DNA from: Bacillales bacterium | Lineage (GTDB): Bacteria > Bacillota > Bacilli > Bacillales > Bacillaceae_J | DNA length: 64,000 bases | Reading direction: 5' to 3' | Assembly (NCBI GenBank): GCA_012840465.1 | Contig: DULJ01000061.1 | Span: 30,331 to 94,330 of the forward strand | Shown here: one piece after another, positions 27,462 through 37,398 of the stretch | How positions within the stretch are numbered: position 1 is the stretch's first letter | Layout of the letters: each line of letters starts with the position of its first letter | Translations under genes and position numbers: made by a program | Notes under the pieces: generated by a model | Seen by the model: only the letters and a program-made list of their open reading frames with translations | Told to the model about the DNA's origin: nothing | Databases searched by the model: none

Positions 27462-28391
27462 ATGACCCAAAAAATGATTTATAAAGCATTTGGTTTAAAT
27501 GTGTGTAGTGATCTCCCTTTACCGGAATTACCAAAATTAAATAGTAAAGAAGAAAAAGTTGATATTTTTATTGAATTGTGTGATTTAACTTGTTTATGGA
27601 GTGAATTAGGTGAACCGGATCGTTTTTGCATTGTAAAAGGGAATTCAGTGATAATACATATACCCAATATAGCCATCTACTGTATAGAAAATGGAAATAA
27701 CATCTTAATTTCCCCTTTGAATGATACATGCGAAGATCAAGTTCGACTTTATGTTTTAGGTTCTTGTATGGGTGCCCTGTTAATGCAAAGAAGAATTTTG
27801 CCTTTACATGGTAGTGCAATCGTAATAAATGACAAGGCATACGCAATCGTTGGAGATTCGGGTGCTGGAAAGTCAACTCTAGCATCAGCCTTTTTAAGTA
27901 AAGGGTATCAGCTTTTAAGCGATGATGTTATTCCTATTTCTCTTTCTAATGAAAATTTTCCATTGGTAAATCCCGCCTATCCCCAGCAAAAACTCTGGCA
28001 AGAAAGCCTAGATGCATTCGGGATGGCTTCAAATGATTACCGACCGATTTTTGATCGGGAGACAAAATTTACGATTCCAGTAGCTTCACAGTTTTCATCT
28101 AAGACATTACCTTTAGCAGGTGTTTTCGAGTTAATAAAAACAGAAGCGGATGAAATTGAAATCTTGCCTACTATATCAGGCCTTCAACGATTACATACCC
28201 TATATTCACATACATATAGGAACTTTTTAATTGACCGTTTAGGAATAAGAGAATGGCATTTTAATATGACAGCAAAGATTGCAGATCAAATTGGGGTTTA
28301 CCAATTGCAGCGACCTATGAATCGATTTACGGCACATGAACTAACATCCCTGATACTAAATACGATCAATAAGGAAGTGATTAAGATATGA
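27462..28391 (+). CDS. HPr-kinase-like lasso precursor Ser kinase (K protein)
   Basis: P-loop VGDSGAGKSTLA in an HprK C-terminal-like fold. Occupies the kinase position of paeninodin-type clusters. Confidence 0.75.
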   Translation: MTQKMIYKAFGLNVCSDLPLPELPKLNSKEEKVDIFIELCDLTCLWSELGEPDRFCIVKGNSVIIHIPNIAIYCIENGNNILISPLNDTCEDQVRLYVLGSCMGALLMQRRILPLHGSAIVINDKAYAIVGDSGAGKSTLASAFLSKGYQLLSDDVIPISLSNENFPLVNPAYPQQKLWQESLDAFGMASNDYRPIFDRETKFTIPVASQFSSKTLPLAGVFELIKTEADEIEILPTISGLQRLHTLYSHTYRNFLIDRLGIREWHFNMTAKIADQIGVYQLQRPMNRFTAHELTSLILNTINKEVIKI

Positions 28392-28705
28392 CTACAAATC
28401 AAAAGTTCTCATTAAACCAAGAAGTTGTCCAAGGTAAAAATAATATTGTCAGTGAAATGGGCGAAGAGAAAGTGATGTTAAGTATCGAAAACGGTAAGTA
28501 TTACAACTTAGGTGAAATTGGCGGTGAAATTTGGGACTTAATGCAGGAGCCAATTAAAGGTGATCAGGTGGTATCCATCTTAATGTCAAAATACGATGTT
28601 GAACAAACGGAATGTGAGGAGCATGTCATCTCCTTCCTAAATCAATTAAATGAAGAAAGTTTAATTGAAATTGTTGCAAATGCAATGCAATGGTCAACTA
28701 ATTAA
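28388..28705 (+). CDS. PqqD-family RiPP recognition element (lasso B1)
   Basis: 105 aa, PqqD-like (VMLSIENGKYYNLGEIGGEIWDLM). Start overlaps the kinase stop. Confidence 0.8.
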   Translation: MTTNQKFSLNQEVVQGKNNIVSEMGEEKVMLSIENGKYYNLGEIGGEIWDLMQEPIKGDQVVSILMSKYDVEQTECEEHVISFLNQLNEESLIEIVANAMQWSTN

Positions 28706-28714
28706 GGAGAATAA

Positions 28715-29200
28715 ATGATGAGAGTGTTATCTAAGCTAATTACATTTTTTTCTCAACGTCCAAAAACAATTCTCCTTTTGATGGAAGCGTATCTTTTTTT
28801 AGGATTGGCTCGCATTCTTAAAATGATGCCGTTTTCTAAAGTGGCCCCATTGTTGGGTGATCACATGAAGGAAACCTCTCATATCGATTTGGATAGGAAC
28901 AATAGAATGATTAAAAATGTCTCCCATGCAGTCCATATTATGAGCCGTTATACTTTTTGGGAGAGTCATTGCCTAGTTAAGGCCATTGCTGGGATGAAAA
29001 TGCTTGAAAGACGGGGAATCGATAGCACCCTTTATCTAGGGACTGCGAAAGATGAAGAAGGCAAAATGATTGCTCATGCTTGGCTACGAAGCGGTCCATT
29101 TTATATTTCAGGCGCAGAAGGGATGGACCGATTTGCGGTAGTAAGTAAGTTTGCCAAGAGGATAGGCGATAATCTATTAGAAGGGGAAAGCGATGAATAA
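28715..29200 (+). CDS. Transglutaminase-like leader peptidase (lasso B2)
   Basis: Catalytic Cys (ESHCLVKA) and His (IAHAWL) in the usual lasso B2 spacing. Confidence 0.8.
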   Translation: MMRVLSKLITFFSQRPKTILLLMEAYLFLGLARILKMMPFSKVAPLLGDHMKETSHIDLDRNNRMIKNVSHAVHIMSRYTFWESHCLVKAIAGMKMLERRGIDSTLYLGTAKDEEGKMIAHAWLRSGPFYISGAEGMDRFAVVSKFAKRIGDNLLEGESDE

Positions 29201-30365
29201 TACTGTTGATCTTAATCTGACAAAGATTCCGCAGGAATTAAAATTAATACTTGCAATAATAAAGGATGTAAATAATGGTAGTGTTCTAAAGGAATACAAC
29301 CATAATATTAACTGGGATGTATTTCTGAAACTTGCCTTTCATCATCGTCTCTACCCATTGTTATATTTAAATCTTGTGCGGATGGAAAATAATTGGATTC
29401 CCGCCAATGTTCTTCAAACCCTTTCACACTCCTATAAAAAAAATACCTTTAAAATGCTTCACTTAAGTGGGGAAATGGAAAAACTCAGCAAGTTATTTAT
29501 GGAACATGAAATACGTTCTCTGGTCCTTAAGGGACCTGTTCTTGCAAAAGATCTTTACGGGGATCTGTCTATGCGAACTTGCGGAGACTTGGATATTCTA
29601 ATTTCAATTGATGATTTGGAGAAGGTTGATAAATTGCTTGTCGGTTTAGGCTATGAAAAAGATGAATATATCCAAACCCTATTAAATGATTGGAAATGGA
29701 GACATCATCATTTCACATACTATCATCCGATTAAGGGGACCAAAATTGAAATACACTGGAGACTGAACCCTTCTCCAAGCAAGGAACCGAATTTTAATGA
29801 GTTATGGGAAAGAAAACGACAAAGTGAAATTACAAGTTACCCAATCTATATATTGAGTGAAGAAGACTTATTTTATTTTCTTGTAACACACGGAGCCCGT
29901 CATGGATGGTCGCGACTGCGCTGGTTGGTAGATATTCATCAAATAGTACAAAAAAAGTTGAATTGGGACATCGTCCAAAAACTATTAAAGAAATATCAAT
30001 GTCAAAAAATAGGGGGGCAATCCCTCATTCTCTCAAAGCAGCTTCTGCTTACAATTTTACCAAAGGAAATAAGAATACTCACTACATCTAAAAGATCAAG
30101 AAAGCTAGCCAGTGAAGCGATTTTTTATTTAGAGAGAATGGTCAACTTACATTCAGATCCTGTCCCAAGAGATGTGGCAAAATACCATGCAAGTCACTTG
30201 TTTTCCTTACTGTCATTTCAGCAAAAAGTGGTCTATTTCTTGAGTGTGCTACACCCGTTTTATACCGATGTCGAGACATTCCCATTACCGAAGAAACTAC
30301 ATTTTTTATATTTTCCGCTTCGTCCATTTTTAATGATTTGGAGAAAAGCCAGAAAAGCGGCTTGA
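29193..30365 (+). CDS. Nucleotidyltransferase-family tailoring protein (N protein of Firmicutes lasso clusters)
   Basis: GDLDIL nucleotidyltransferase motif and HW..NP region. Position is conserved in paeninodin/pseudomycoidin-type clusters, from memory. Confidence 0.65.
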   Translation: MNNTVDLNLTKIPQELKLILAIIKDVNNGSVLKEYNHNINWDVFLKLAFHHRLYPLLYLNLVRMENNWIPANVLQTLSHSYKKNTFKMLHLSGEMEKLSKLFMEHEIRSLVLKGPVLAKDLYGDLSMRTCGDLDILISIDDLEKVDKLLVGLGYEKDEYIQTLLNDWKWRHHHFTYYHPIKGTKIEIHWRLNPSPSKEPNFNELWERKRQSEITSYPIYILSEEDLFYFLVTHGARHGWSRLRWLVDIHQIVQKKLNWDIVQKLLKKYQCQKIGGQSLILSKQLLLTILPKEIRILTTSKRSRKLASEAIFYLERMVNLHSDPVPRDVAKYHASHLFSLLSFQQKVVYFLSVLHPFYTDVETFPLPKKLHFLYFPLRPFLMIWRKARKAA

Positions 30366-30384
30366 CCTTTGGAGGACTTTAGTT

Positions 30385-32187
30385 ATGAAACAGGTCTTAT
30401 ACTTTTTTAATCAATTATACTCTTATTCCGGGAATAAACTATTTACCAATCTCCTAGGAATGATCTTCATTAGCCTATTGGATGGTATGGCCTTACTATT
30501 ATTGATTCCCGTTATTAGTTATAGTGGAATCTTTCGATTAGATGAAAGTACGATGCCTTTCATTAAGGGTCTTGCCTTGCTTAGTCAATTACCTACTACA
30601 GTAGGTCTTTCACTTATCTTGGTGTTATTTTTGATTGTTAACATTGTCCAAAATCTGTTTCAGCGGTATGTAACCATCGAAAATGTCAAGATTCAGCATG
30701 GTTTTGCCCGATATTTGCGCGGAGAGATTTATGAAGATTTACTTCGTGCGAATTGGGACTTTTATATAAAAAGAAGAAAGTCTGATCTGGTTAATACAAT
30801 CACAGCTGAACTTGCCCGTGTAAGTGCGGGAACCAATACTTTTATACAATTTATAACTGCCATCATTTTTACAATAATTCAAATAGGAATTGCTTTTTTG
30901 TTATCTCCTGAAATTACCTTGTTTGTTTTATTAAGTGGGGGCATTTTAGCGATTTTTTCTCAGGGATTCATAAAAAGGTCACGATTACTTGGAAGTAGAA
31001 CATCTGAGAATGGGAAAAACTTTTTAGCGGGTATAACAGATAATTTTAATGGGATAAAGGATATTAAAAGTAATACATTGGAACCATCTCGTGTGGACTG
31101 GTTTCAATCAATAACTAAGCGTATGTATGATGAACAAATGGAGTATATCAAATTAAAAATGGCTTCCCAGTTTTATTATAAAATCGCTTCTGCCGTTTTA
31201 ATCACCGTTTTTATTTTTTTATCTGTGAAGTTATTTCATGCACAGGCTGCGCAATTAATGATTGTTGTCGTAATCTTTACTAGATTATGGCCAAGGGTAA
31301 CAGGGATCCAGTCAAGTCTGGAGCAAATTGCTATCACAGTTCCGGCGCTAAAAGCTGTTATTAGCTTAAAAATGGAATCCCAAGCTGCAAAGGAATGTGA
31401 TCATTTAGATGGATCTGATATCATCCCAATCGATATTCAAAAAGAGATTGAGTGTCGTAATGTGTACTTTAGGTACGATCAAAATGAAAGTTCATATGCA
31501 TTAAAGGGTATAAATGTTAGCTTCCCTGCGAACCGCATGACGGCCGTCGTTGGGCGATCAGGTGCAGGAAAAAGTACGTTGATTGACCTTTTAATGGGAC
31601 TGAATCTTCCTGAAAAAGGGGAGGTTCTTTTGGATGGGATACCGTTAACAAAGAAAAAACTTTTGTCATTTCGGCGGTCAATTAGTTATGTGCCACAAGA
31701 TCCCTTTTTATTTAATGCTACGATAAAAGAAAACTTATTAATGATTGAACCTTCAGCAAGTGATGAACGAATGTGGGAGGCACTTGAATTCTCTTCAGCG
31801 GTAGAGTTCGTCCAAAAACTTCCACAGGGACTTGACACATTTATTGGTGACCGTGGAGTAAGATTATCCGGTGGAGAAAGGCAAAGGATTGTCCTTGCTA
31901 GGGCAATATTACGAAATCCATGCATTCTTGTATTAGATGAAGCAACTAGTGCGTTAGATACTGAAAATGAATCGAAAATTCAGGCTGCATTGGAAAGATT
32001 AAAAGGGAAAATGACGATAATAGTGATTGCACATCGTTTATCAACGATTCATAATGCGGAACAAGTAATCGTATTAGAGCAAGGAGAAATTATTCAAAAA
32101 GGTGGATTTAATCAGCTCGCAAAAGAAAAAAGAGGGGTATTTAGCCATCTATTAGATAGCCAGCGGAAGTTAGCCATTAGGGAATAA
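30385..32187 (+). CDS. ABC exporter, fused TMD-NBD (lasso D protein)
   Basis: Six TM segments plus Walker A GRSGAGKST, signature LSGGERQR, Walker B ILVLDEATS. Confidence 0.9.
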   Translation: MKQVLYFFNQLYSYSGNKLFTNLLGMIFISLLDGMALLLLIPVISYSGIFRLDESTMPFIKGLALLSQLPTTVGLSLILVLFLIVNIVQNLFQRYVTIENVKIQHGFARYLRGEIYEDLLRANWDFYIKRRKSDLVNTITAELARVSAGTNTFIQFITAIIFTIIQIGIAFLLSPEITLFVLLSGGILAIFSQGFIKRSRLLGSRTSENGKNFLAGITDNFNGIKDIKSNTLEPSRVDWFQSITKRMYDEQMEYIKLKMASQFYYKIASAVLITVFIFLSVKLFHAQAAQLMIVVVIFTRLWPRVTGIQSSLEQIAITVPALKAVISLKMESQAAKECDHLDGSDIIPIDIQKEIECRNVYFRYDQNESSYALKGINVSFPANRMTAVVGRSGAGKSTLIDLLMGLNLPEKGEVLLDGIPLTKKKLLSFRRSISYVPQDPFLFNATIKENLLMIEPSASDERMWEALEFSSAVEFVQKLPQGLDTFIGDRGVRLSGGERQRIVLARAILRNPCILVLDEATSALDTENESKIQAALERLKGKMTIIVIAHRLSTIHNAEQVIVLEQGEIIQKGGFNQLAKEKRGVFSHLLDSQRKLAIRE

Positions 32188-32201
32188 TAAGGAGAAACAT
32201 A

Positions 32202-32807
32202 GTGGTTAATAAAAGGTTTATAAGCATTACAATAATAGCAATTTTTATAATGATACTAGTGGCAACGATGATGCTGACAAAAGCAGGTGAATTTCTTGTT
32301 ATAAATGAAAAACCAATAAAATCAGATGTCATCATTATGCTAAGTGGCGGGGGAATAGAGCGTTTAGAAAAAAGTGTCGAGTTGTATCAACAGAAGTACG
32401 CCCCTTTTTTAATCATATCGAATGGCAGTGAGGACAATTTAGCCCTCGCGGCACAAACCATAGGGGTCGAGTGCGAATCACTGATTTTAGAAAATAGGGC
32501 CAAAAGTACGAGGGATAATGCATTCTATACGAAAGAACTGATGGAAAAGTATCAATTTGATTCTGCAATTGTCGTTTCCTCCGATTATCATATGAGGAGA
32601 GTCAAAAGTAATTTTGCCCACGCCTTCCGGGGTAGTGGGATACGACTAACCTATGCATCTGCATCAAGCCCTGGGTATGATCCGGAACGGTGGTGGTCAA
32701 CAAAAACTGATCGCCGGATAACGGTTATTGAGTATATAAAACTGGTGGGAAATTTTTTTGGAATTCATGGAAAGAGTGCGAAGGAGAAATTGGAAGAATT
32801 ATCTTGA
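32202..32807 (+). CDS. DUF218 / YdcF-SanA-family membrane-anchored protein
   Basis: N-terminal TM, then a DUF218-like core (VIIMLSGG, STRDNA, VVSSDYHMRR). GTG start behind AAGGAG, 15 nt after the exporter stop. Confidence 0.7.
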   Translation: MVNKRFISITIIAIFIMILVATMMLTKAGEFLVINEKPIKSDVIIMLSGGGIERLEKSVELYQQKYAPFLIISNGSEDNLALAAQTIGVECESLILENRAKSTRDNAFYTKELMEKYQFDSAIVVSSDYHMRRVKSNFAHAFRGSGIRLTYASASSPGYDPERWWSTKTDRRITVIEYIKLVGNFFGIHGKSAKEKLEELS

Positions 32808-32832
32808 CTTGTTCTTTATAAAGAATTATAAT
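32804..32832 (+). promoter_or_regulatory. Near-consensus sigma-A promoter of the eps-like operon
   Basis: TTGACT, 17-nt spacer, TATAAT. The spacer itself is a SinR-type box. Confidence 0.6.
32811..32826. promoter_or_regulatory. SinR-type operator inside the promoter spacer
   Basis: GTTCTTTATAAAGAAT. Confidence 0.6.
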
Positions 32833-32920
32833 TTAGTTATAATGAAACGTAGTTCCAAAAGATTAGGTCTTTATAATTAAAGAATGCGTATTATGTAGTG
32901 CTATTTTTTTTGGATACTTT

Positions 32921-32936
32921 GTTCCTTATAAAGAAC
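32921..32936. promoter_or_regulatory. SinR-type operator in the eps leader
   Basis: GTTCCTTATAAAGAAC. Confidence 0.55.
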
Positions 32937-32969
32937 AAAAATAACCACCTAATCTAGCAATAAGAAAGT

Positions 32970-33668
32970 ATGGAGGAAATCATGCAAAAAGAAATTAACT
33001 TAAAGGTGTTATTTGATGTTATCAAAAGGCATATATGGCTAATTTTTATAATTACTGGCATTACAGCTATGGCAAGCGGCTTATTAAGTTTTATTTCAGA
33101 GGAGCCTTCAGCAGTTTACCAATCCTCAACTAGCATTTTACTAAACTCAAATGAAAATGACTCCACGAGTACGTTGGAGGTCATTTTAAGAGATCGTACT
33201 GTATTAAGCAGTGTAATCACAGAACTAGGACTCCATCAAACAACGAATAAATTAAATGAACAAATTACTTTTATTGATCAAGGCGGAAAGATTGTTAAAA
33301 TTGCTGTTCAGGATACGAATCCGGAACTGGCCGCTGACATCGCCAATACAACTGCAGCGATCTTTATAAAACAAATAGGAAATATTCTTGGAATATACGA
33401 TACGAGAATTGTATCAGAGGCGCTAGTAAGTAATCTCCCTATTTCTACCAAGGAGGGGGGCTCCTTAGTTAAAAATATCATGCTTGGGGTTGCGGCAGGA
33501 ATTGTCGTTGGAATTGGCATCGTTCTTTTTCTCGATAGCTTGGATGACTCCATACAATCAGAAAATGAAATTGAACAATTGCTTGAACTTCAAGTTATTG
33601 GTTCAGTCTCAAAAATCACGAAAGTAAATGTGCAAAATAAGCCTGGTGAGCGATTAAGGAAGAGGTGA
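32970..33668 (+). CDS. epsA: Wzz/YveK-type chain-length determinant, transmembrane modulator of the BY-kinase (EpsA-like)
   Basis: N- and C-terminal TM segments and a Wzz-like ectodomain. Paired with the kinase gene. An alternative start is ATG 32982. Confidence 0.8.
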   Translation: MEEIMQKEINLKVLFDVIKRHIWLIFIITGITAMASGLLSFISEEPSAVYQSSTSILLNSNENDSTSTLEVILRDRTVLSSVITELGLHQTTNKLNEQITFIDQGGKIVKIAVQDTNPELAADIANTTAAIFIKQIGNILGIYDTRIVSEALVSNLPISTKEGGSLVKNIMLGVAAGIVVGIGIVLFLDSLDDSIQSENEIEQLLELQVIGSVSKITKVNVQNKPGERLRKR

Positions 33669-33672
33669 AAAA

Positions 33673-34314
33673 ATGGCACTTAAATTAAAAGGGAAGGGTG
33701 GATTAGTTTCTTTTTCTCACCCTGAATCAATCATTTCTGAACAATATCGTACGATTCGAGCTAATATTCAATTTTTATTTCCCCACCATCAACAACAGAC
33801 GCTTCTTGTCACCTCACCAGGGTATGGGGAGGGGAAATCGATAACAGTAGCTAACCTAGCTATATCAATGGCACAGCTGGGGAAAAAGATATTATTAGTG
33901 GACGCTGATTTAAGAAAACCAAGCATACATACATTATTTCAATTGGATCACTCACCAGGGTTAGCGGATGTCTTAACAGGTGAAACAACCGTAGAAGGGG
34001 CAGTTCTTCAAACAGAGGTTCAAGGATTGGAGATTGTAACGAGCGGCCTTGCCACTAATCATCCAGCTGAGCTCCTCTCCTCTCCAAAACTGGAGCAAAT
34101 GATTGATGCAGCAAAAAAAAAGTATGATTTCGTTCTATTTGACTCTTCACCAATTTTAGATGTTACAGATAGCCGATTACTCGCAAATCAGTGTGAAGGA
34201 ACAATTTTAGTCATTCGCAACGGCAAGACAAGGACAAATGAAGCAACGGAAGCAAAGAGGTTATTGAACTTAGCGCAAGCAACGTGCTTGGGAGTAATTT
34301 TTAATTATAAGTAA
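33673..34314 (+). CDS. epsB: Bacterial tyrosine kinase, CpsD/CapB/EpsB family
   Basis: Walker A SPGYGEGKS, Walker A-prime LLVDADLRKP, Walker B FVLFDSSP. Confidence 0.85.
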   Translation: MALKLKGKGGLVSFSHPESIISEQYRTIRANIQFLFPHHQQQTLLVTSPGYGEGKSITVANLAISMAQLGKKILLVDADLRKPSIHTLFQLDHSPGLADVLTGETTVEGAVLQTEVQGLEIVTSGLATNHPAELLSSPKLEQMIDAAKKKYDFVLFDSSPILDVTDSRLLANQCEGTILVIRNGKTRTNEATEAKRLLNLAQATCLGVIFNYK

Positions 34315-34358
34315 GCATGTATCCACCTAGTAAAAAGTTACTTTTTTTTTGACTTTGT

Positions 34359-34374
34359 GTTCTTTATTAAGGAT
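34359..34374. promoter_or_regulatory. SinR-type operator (degenerate) in the epsB-epsC spacer
   Basis: GTTCTTTATTAAGGAT, with an inverted ATAAAGAAT about 20 nt downstream. Preceded by TTGACT. Confidence 0.35.
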
Positions 34375-34404
34375 ACAAATGGATTGTATAAAGAATTGCA
34401 GATT

Positions 34405-34520
34405 TTTGGTGATGTCTCCTAGCCGTTATCAATGGAGGCACTCGGTCACGCTGTGGGTTTAAATGAACCTTAGACGCCAGTCGTCGAAAGTGTAACGTGA
34501 GGGAGGGTTGGATGCCCTAT
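34405..34520 (+). ncRNA. Structured RNA candidate in the position of EAR (eps-associated RNA antitermination element)
   Basis: A 305-nt gap lies between the epsB-like and epsC-like genes. It holds a locally GC-rich segment with nested helices TCACG(34446)/CGTGA(34496), GGGTT(34455)/AACCT(34466), GACG(34473)/CGTC(34482) and CTCC/GGAG (34417/34434). Confidence 0.45.
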
Positions 34521-34619
34521 TCTATTAAAATATTTACTTATAAATCCTTAGATAAGGGTATATAGGTAAATGTTTTAATAAAAATGCGTTTTAGTTAACT
34601 AGTTATTGGAAAGGGGTGA

Positions 34620-36452
34620 GTGAAAATGACGTATTATCAGAGAGTGTTCTTTTTAACTTTTATAGATTCCGCTATTGTATTAACAGCCATATTCTTTAGC
34701 AGTTTTTTAGTTAATGCGGATATTCATGTATTTACGATGCCTATTCTTGTTTACTCCTTAACCCTATTAGTCGGCCATCATATTTTTTCCTATCGCTTCA
34801 AGCTATACAAAAAGGCTTGGGAATACGCTAGCATCGGGGAGCTGTGGATTATCTTTAAAGTGATTACATTTTCAATTTTGTTGACAGCTGTCGTGCAGAT
34901 AGCGGTTAGTCAGACGGTTCATTTTCGGATGCTTGCAGTTACTTGGATGCTGCATGTGTTATTGATTGGTTGTTCGCGCTTTTTCTGGAGAATCTTTCGG
35001 GATAACTATTTTAGAAAGGATGAAAACGAGAAACGTACATTAATTGTCGGAGCTGGGGCCGCGGGAACGATGGTAGCAAGGCAGCTGCTCCATAATGATT
35101 ATGCTGAGCTAGTCCCCGTTGCTTTTATTGATGATGATTTCAAAAAAAAACATCTCGATATCCTTGGAATTCCTGTTGTGGGTGGGGTAGACCAAATAGA
35201 AAGAGCCGTTCAAGAATTTAAGATTGATAATATTGTTATCGCTATTCCGTCCCTTAGTAAAAAGGAACTGAACGTTATTTTCCAAGAGTGTGCCAAGACC
35301 AGAGCGAAGACGAAAATTCTACCAATGATTGAGGATTTGGCGACTGGAAAAATTTCCGTCAATCAATTTCGGGATGTTCAAGTAGAGGATTTACTTGGAA
35401 GAAAGCCAGTTGAATTAGATATTGACAGCATCTCTGAATATGTGACAGACAAAGTGGTATTAGTTACAGGTGCGGGAGGATCGATTGGTTCTGAAATCTG
35501 TCGGCAAATTTCAAAGTTTTATCCGAAACAGCTGATTTTATTGGGGCATGGAGAAAATAGTATCTATTCGATCGAAGTAGAATTAAGGGATTTATATAAA
35601 AATGGAGATATTGAATTTATCTCTGTGATTGCTGATTTACAGGACGAAGAAAAAATGGAAATGGTGATGAAAACCTACCGTCCACAGGTGGTTTATCATG
35701 CAGCTGCACATAAACATGTTCCTTTGATGGAACGAAATCCGGAGGAAGCGGTAAAAAATAATATTATTGGAACGCGAAATGTGGCAAGGGCTGCTAGTTT
35801 ATACGAGGTTGACACGTTTGTCATGATTTCGACTGATAAAGCGGTAAATCCAACGAGTGTGATGGGATCGACGAAACGAATTGCTGAAATGATTATTCAG
35901 CACATGGACAAACGAAGTCACACAAAGTTTGTTGTTGTACGATTTGGAAATGTTTTGGGAAGCCGTGGAAGCGTGATTCCTCGTTTTAAAGAACAAATAC
36001 AAAAGGGAGGTCCCGTCACCGTTACACACCCGGACATGATTCGTTATTTTATGACGATTCCGGAGGCATCAAGACTAGTGATTCAAGCAGGTGCCCTAGC
36101 CCGAGGTGGGGAAATCTTTGTGCTGGATATGGGGGAACCGGTTAAAATTGTAGACTTGGCAAAAAATCTAATCAAATTATCAGGGAATTCAGTAGAGGAT
36201 ATAGAAATTGAGTTTACTGGCATCAGACCAGGGGAGAAGCTCTTCGAAGAACTCTTTAAAGAACATGAAATTGGGGACAAACAAATTTATCCAAAGATCT
36301 ATATAGGGAAGCCGGTAAATTTGTCCATTGATGTTGTTGAAAATTTAATTTCCTCTTTCCAAATTCTTGACAGGGGTCATTTAAGAAATGAGCTATTAGG
36401 GTTAGCCAATAAACAAGAAGTTACTCATAACAAAGTACCGATATTGGGTTGA
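34620..36452 (+). CDS. epsC: Membrane-bound UDP-sugar 4,6-dehydratase/epimerase (CapD/EpsC family)
   Basis: Four N-terminal TM segments, two Rossmann motifs (VGAGAAG, VTGAGGSIG) and the SDR catalytic region. Confidence 0.9.
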   Translation: MKMTYYQRVFFLTFIDSAIVLTAIFFSSFLVNADIHVFTMPILVYSLTLLVGHHIFSYRFKLYKKAWEYASIGELWIIFKVITFSILLTAVVQIAVSQTVHFRMLAVTWMLHVLLIGCSRFFWRIFRDNYFRKDENEKRTLIVGAGAAGTMVARQLLHNDYAELVPVAFIDDDFKKKHLDILGIPVVGGVDQIERAVQEFKIDNIVIAIPSLSKKELNVIFQECAKTRAKTKILPMIEDLATGKISVNQFRDVQVEDLLGRKPVELDIDSISEYVTDKVVLVTGAGGSIGSEICRQISKFYPKQLILLGHGENSIYSIEVELRDLYKNGDIEFISVIADLQDEEKMEMVMKTYRPQVVYHAAAHKHVPLMERNPEEAVKNNIIGTRNVARAASLYEVDTFVMISTDKAVNPTSVMGSTKRIAEMIIQHMDKRSHTKFVVVRFGNVLGSRGSVIPRFKEQIQKGGPVTVTHPDMIRYFMTIPEASRLVIQAGALARGGEIFVLDMGEPVKIVDLAKNLIKLSGNSVEDIEIEFTGIRPGEKLFEELFKEHEIGDKQIYPKIYIGKPVNLSIDVVENLISSFQILDRGHLRNELLGLANKQEVTHNKVPILG

Positions 36453-36470
36453 AGGGATGAGAAGGAGTGT

Positions 36471-37364
36471 ATGAAAATGAAGATAAAAAAAGCAATTATT
36501 CCAGCGGCCGGTCTTGGTACACGGTTTCTTCCTGCAACAAAGGCGATGCCAAAAGAGATGTTGCCAATTGTCGACAAGCCCACGATTCAATTTATTATCG
36601 AAGAAGCTGTGGAGTCGGGAATTGAAGACATTATTATTGTCACAGGAAAAGGAAAAAGGGCGATTGAAGACCATTTTGACCATTCATTTGAATTAGAGCA
36701 TAGTTTATTGGAAAAGGGCAAACTCGACTTGTTGGACGAAGTTCAAAAGGCCTCCAAGCTAGTTGATATCCATTATATTCGTCAAAAAGAGCCGTTAGGA
36801 TTAGGGCATGCGATTTGGTGTGCACGTAAATTTATCGGGAATGAACCGTTTGCTGTTTTACTTGGGGATGACATTGTCCGGGCTGAAAAACCTTGTCTAA
36901 GGCAAATGATCGAACAATATGAACGGCATAATTCTTCGATTATTGGGGTTCAACATGTAGAAGATGAAGAAGTCTCCCGGTATGGTATCGTCGATGGGCA
37001 AATGATTAGTGACCGTTTCTATCAAGTGAAGAATCTGGTTGAGAAACCAAAAAGGGAAGAAGCTCCATCGAATTTAGCTATTTTAGGTCGTTATGTTTTA
37101 AATCCTAGAATTTTTGAAATCTTGGGCAACCAGTCAGTAGGCACTGGTGGAGAAATTCAATTAACGGATGCGATTGCAACGTTAAATATGGATGAAGCCG
37201 TTTTTGCCTATGACTTTGAAGGTATTCGTTATGACGTGGGTGAAAAGTTTGGCTTTATCAAAACAACGATTGATTTTGCATTGCAGCATCCAAGTTTAAG
37301 AAAGGATGTACTTGCTTATTTATCAACAATTATGGAAAAAGAACTTGTAAATACGATCCCATAA
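36471..37364 (+). CDS. galU: UTP-glucose-1-phosphate uridylyltransferase
   Basis: [30 protein letters not shown], the classic GalU/GtaB N-terminus. Confidence 0.9.
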   Translation: MKMKIKKAIIPAAGLGTRFLPATKAMPKEMLPIVDKPTIQFIIEEAVESGIEDIIIVTGKGKRAIEDHFDHSFELEHSLLEKGKLDLLDEVQKASKLVDIHYIRQKEPLGLGHAIWCARKFIGNEPFAVLLGDDIVRAEKPCLRQMIEQYERHNSSIIGVQHVEDEEVSRYGIVDGQMISDRFYQVKNLVEKPKREEAPSNLAILGRYVLNPRIFEILGNQSVGTGGEIQLTDAIATLNMDEAVFAYDFEGIRYDVGEKFGFIKTTIDFALQHPSLRKDVLAYLSTIMEKELVNTIP

Positions 37365-37398
37365 AAGTCGTAGCAAGGCAGTTGAAGGAGAGAAAATT

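Noticed and set aside
32833-32920. 11-codon ORF (MKRSSKRLGLYN) in the eps leader as a leader peptide.
   Set aside because: It has no RBS and no obvious attenuation structure coupled to it. It is too short to support from sequence alone.
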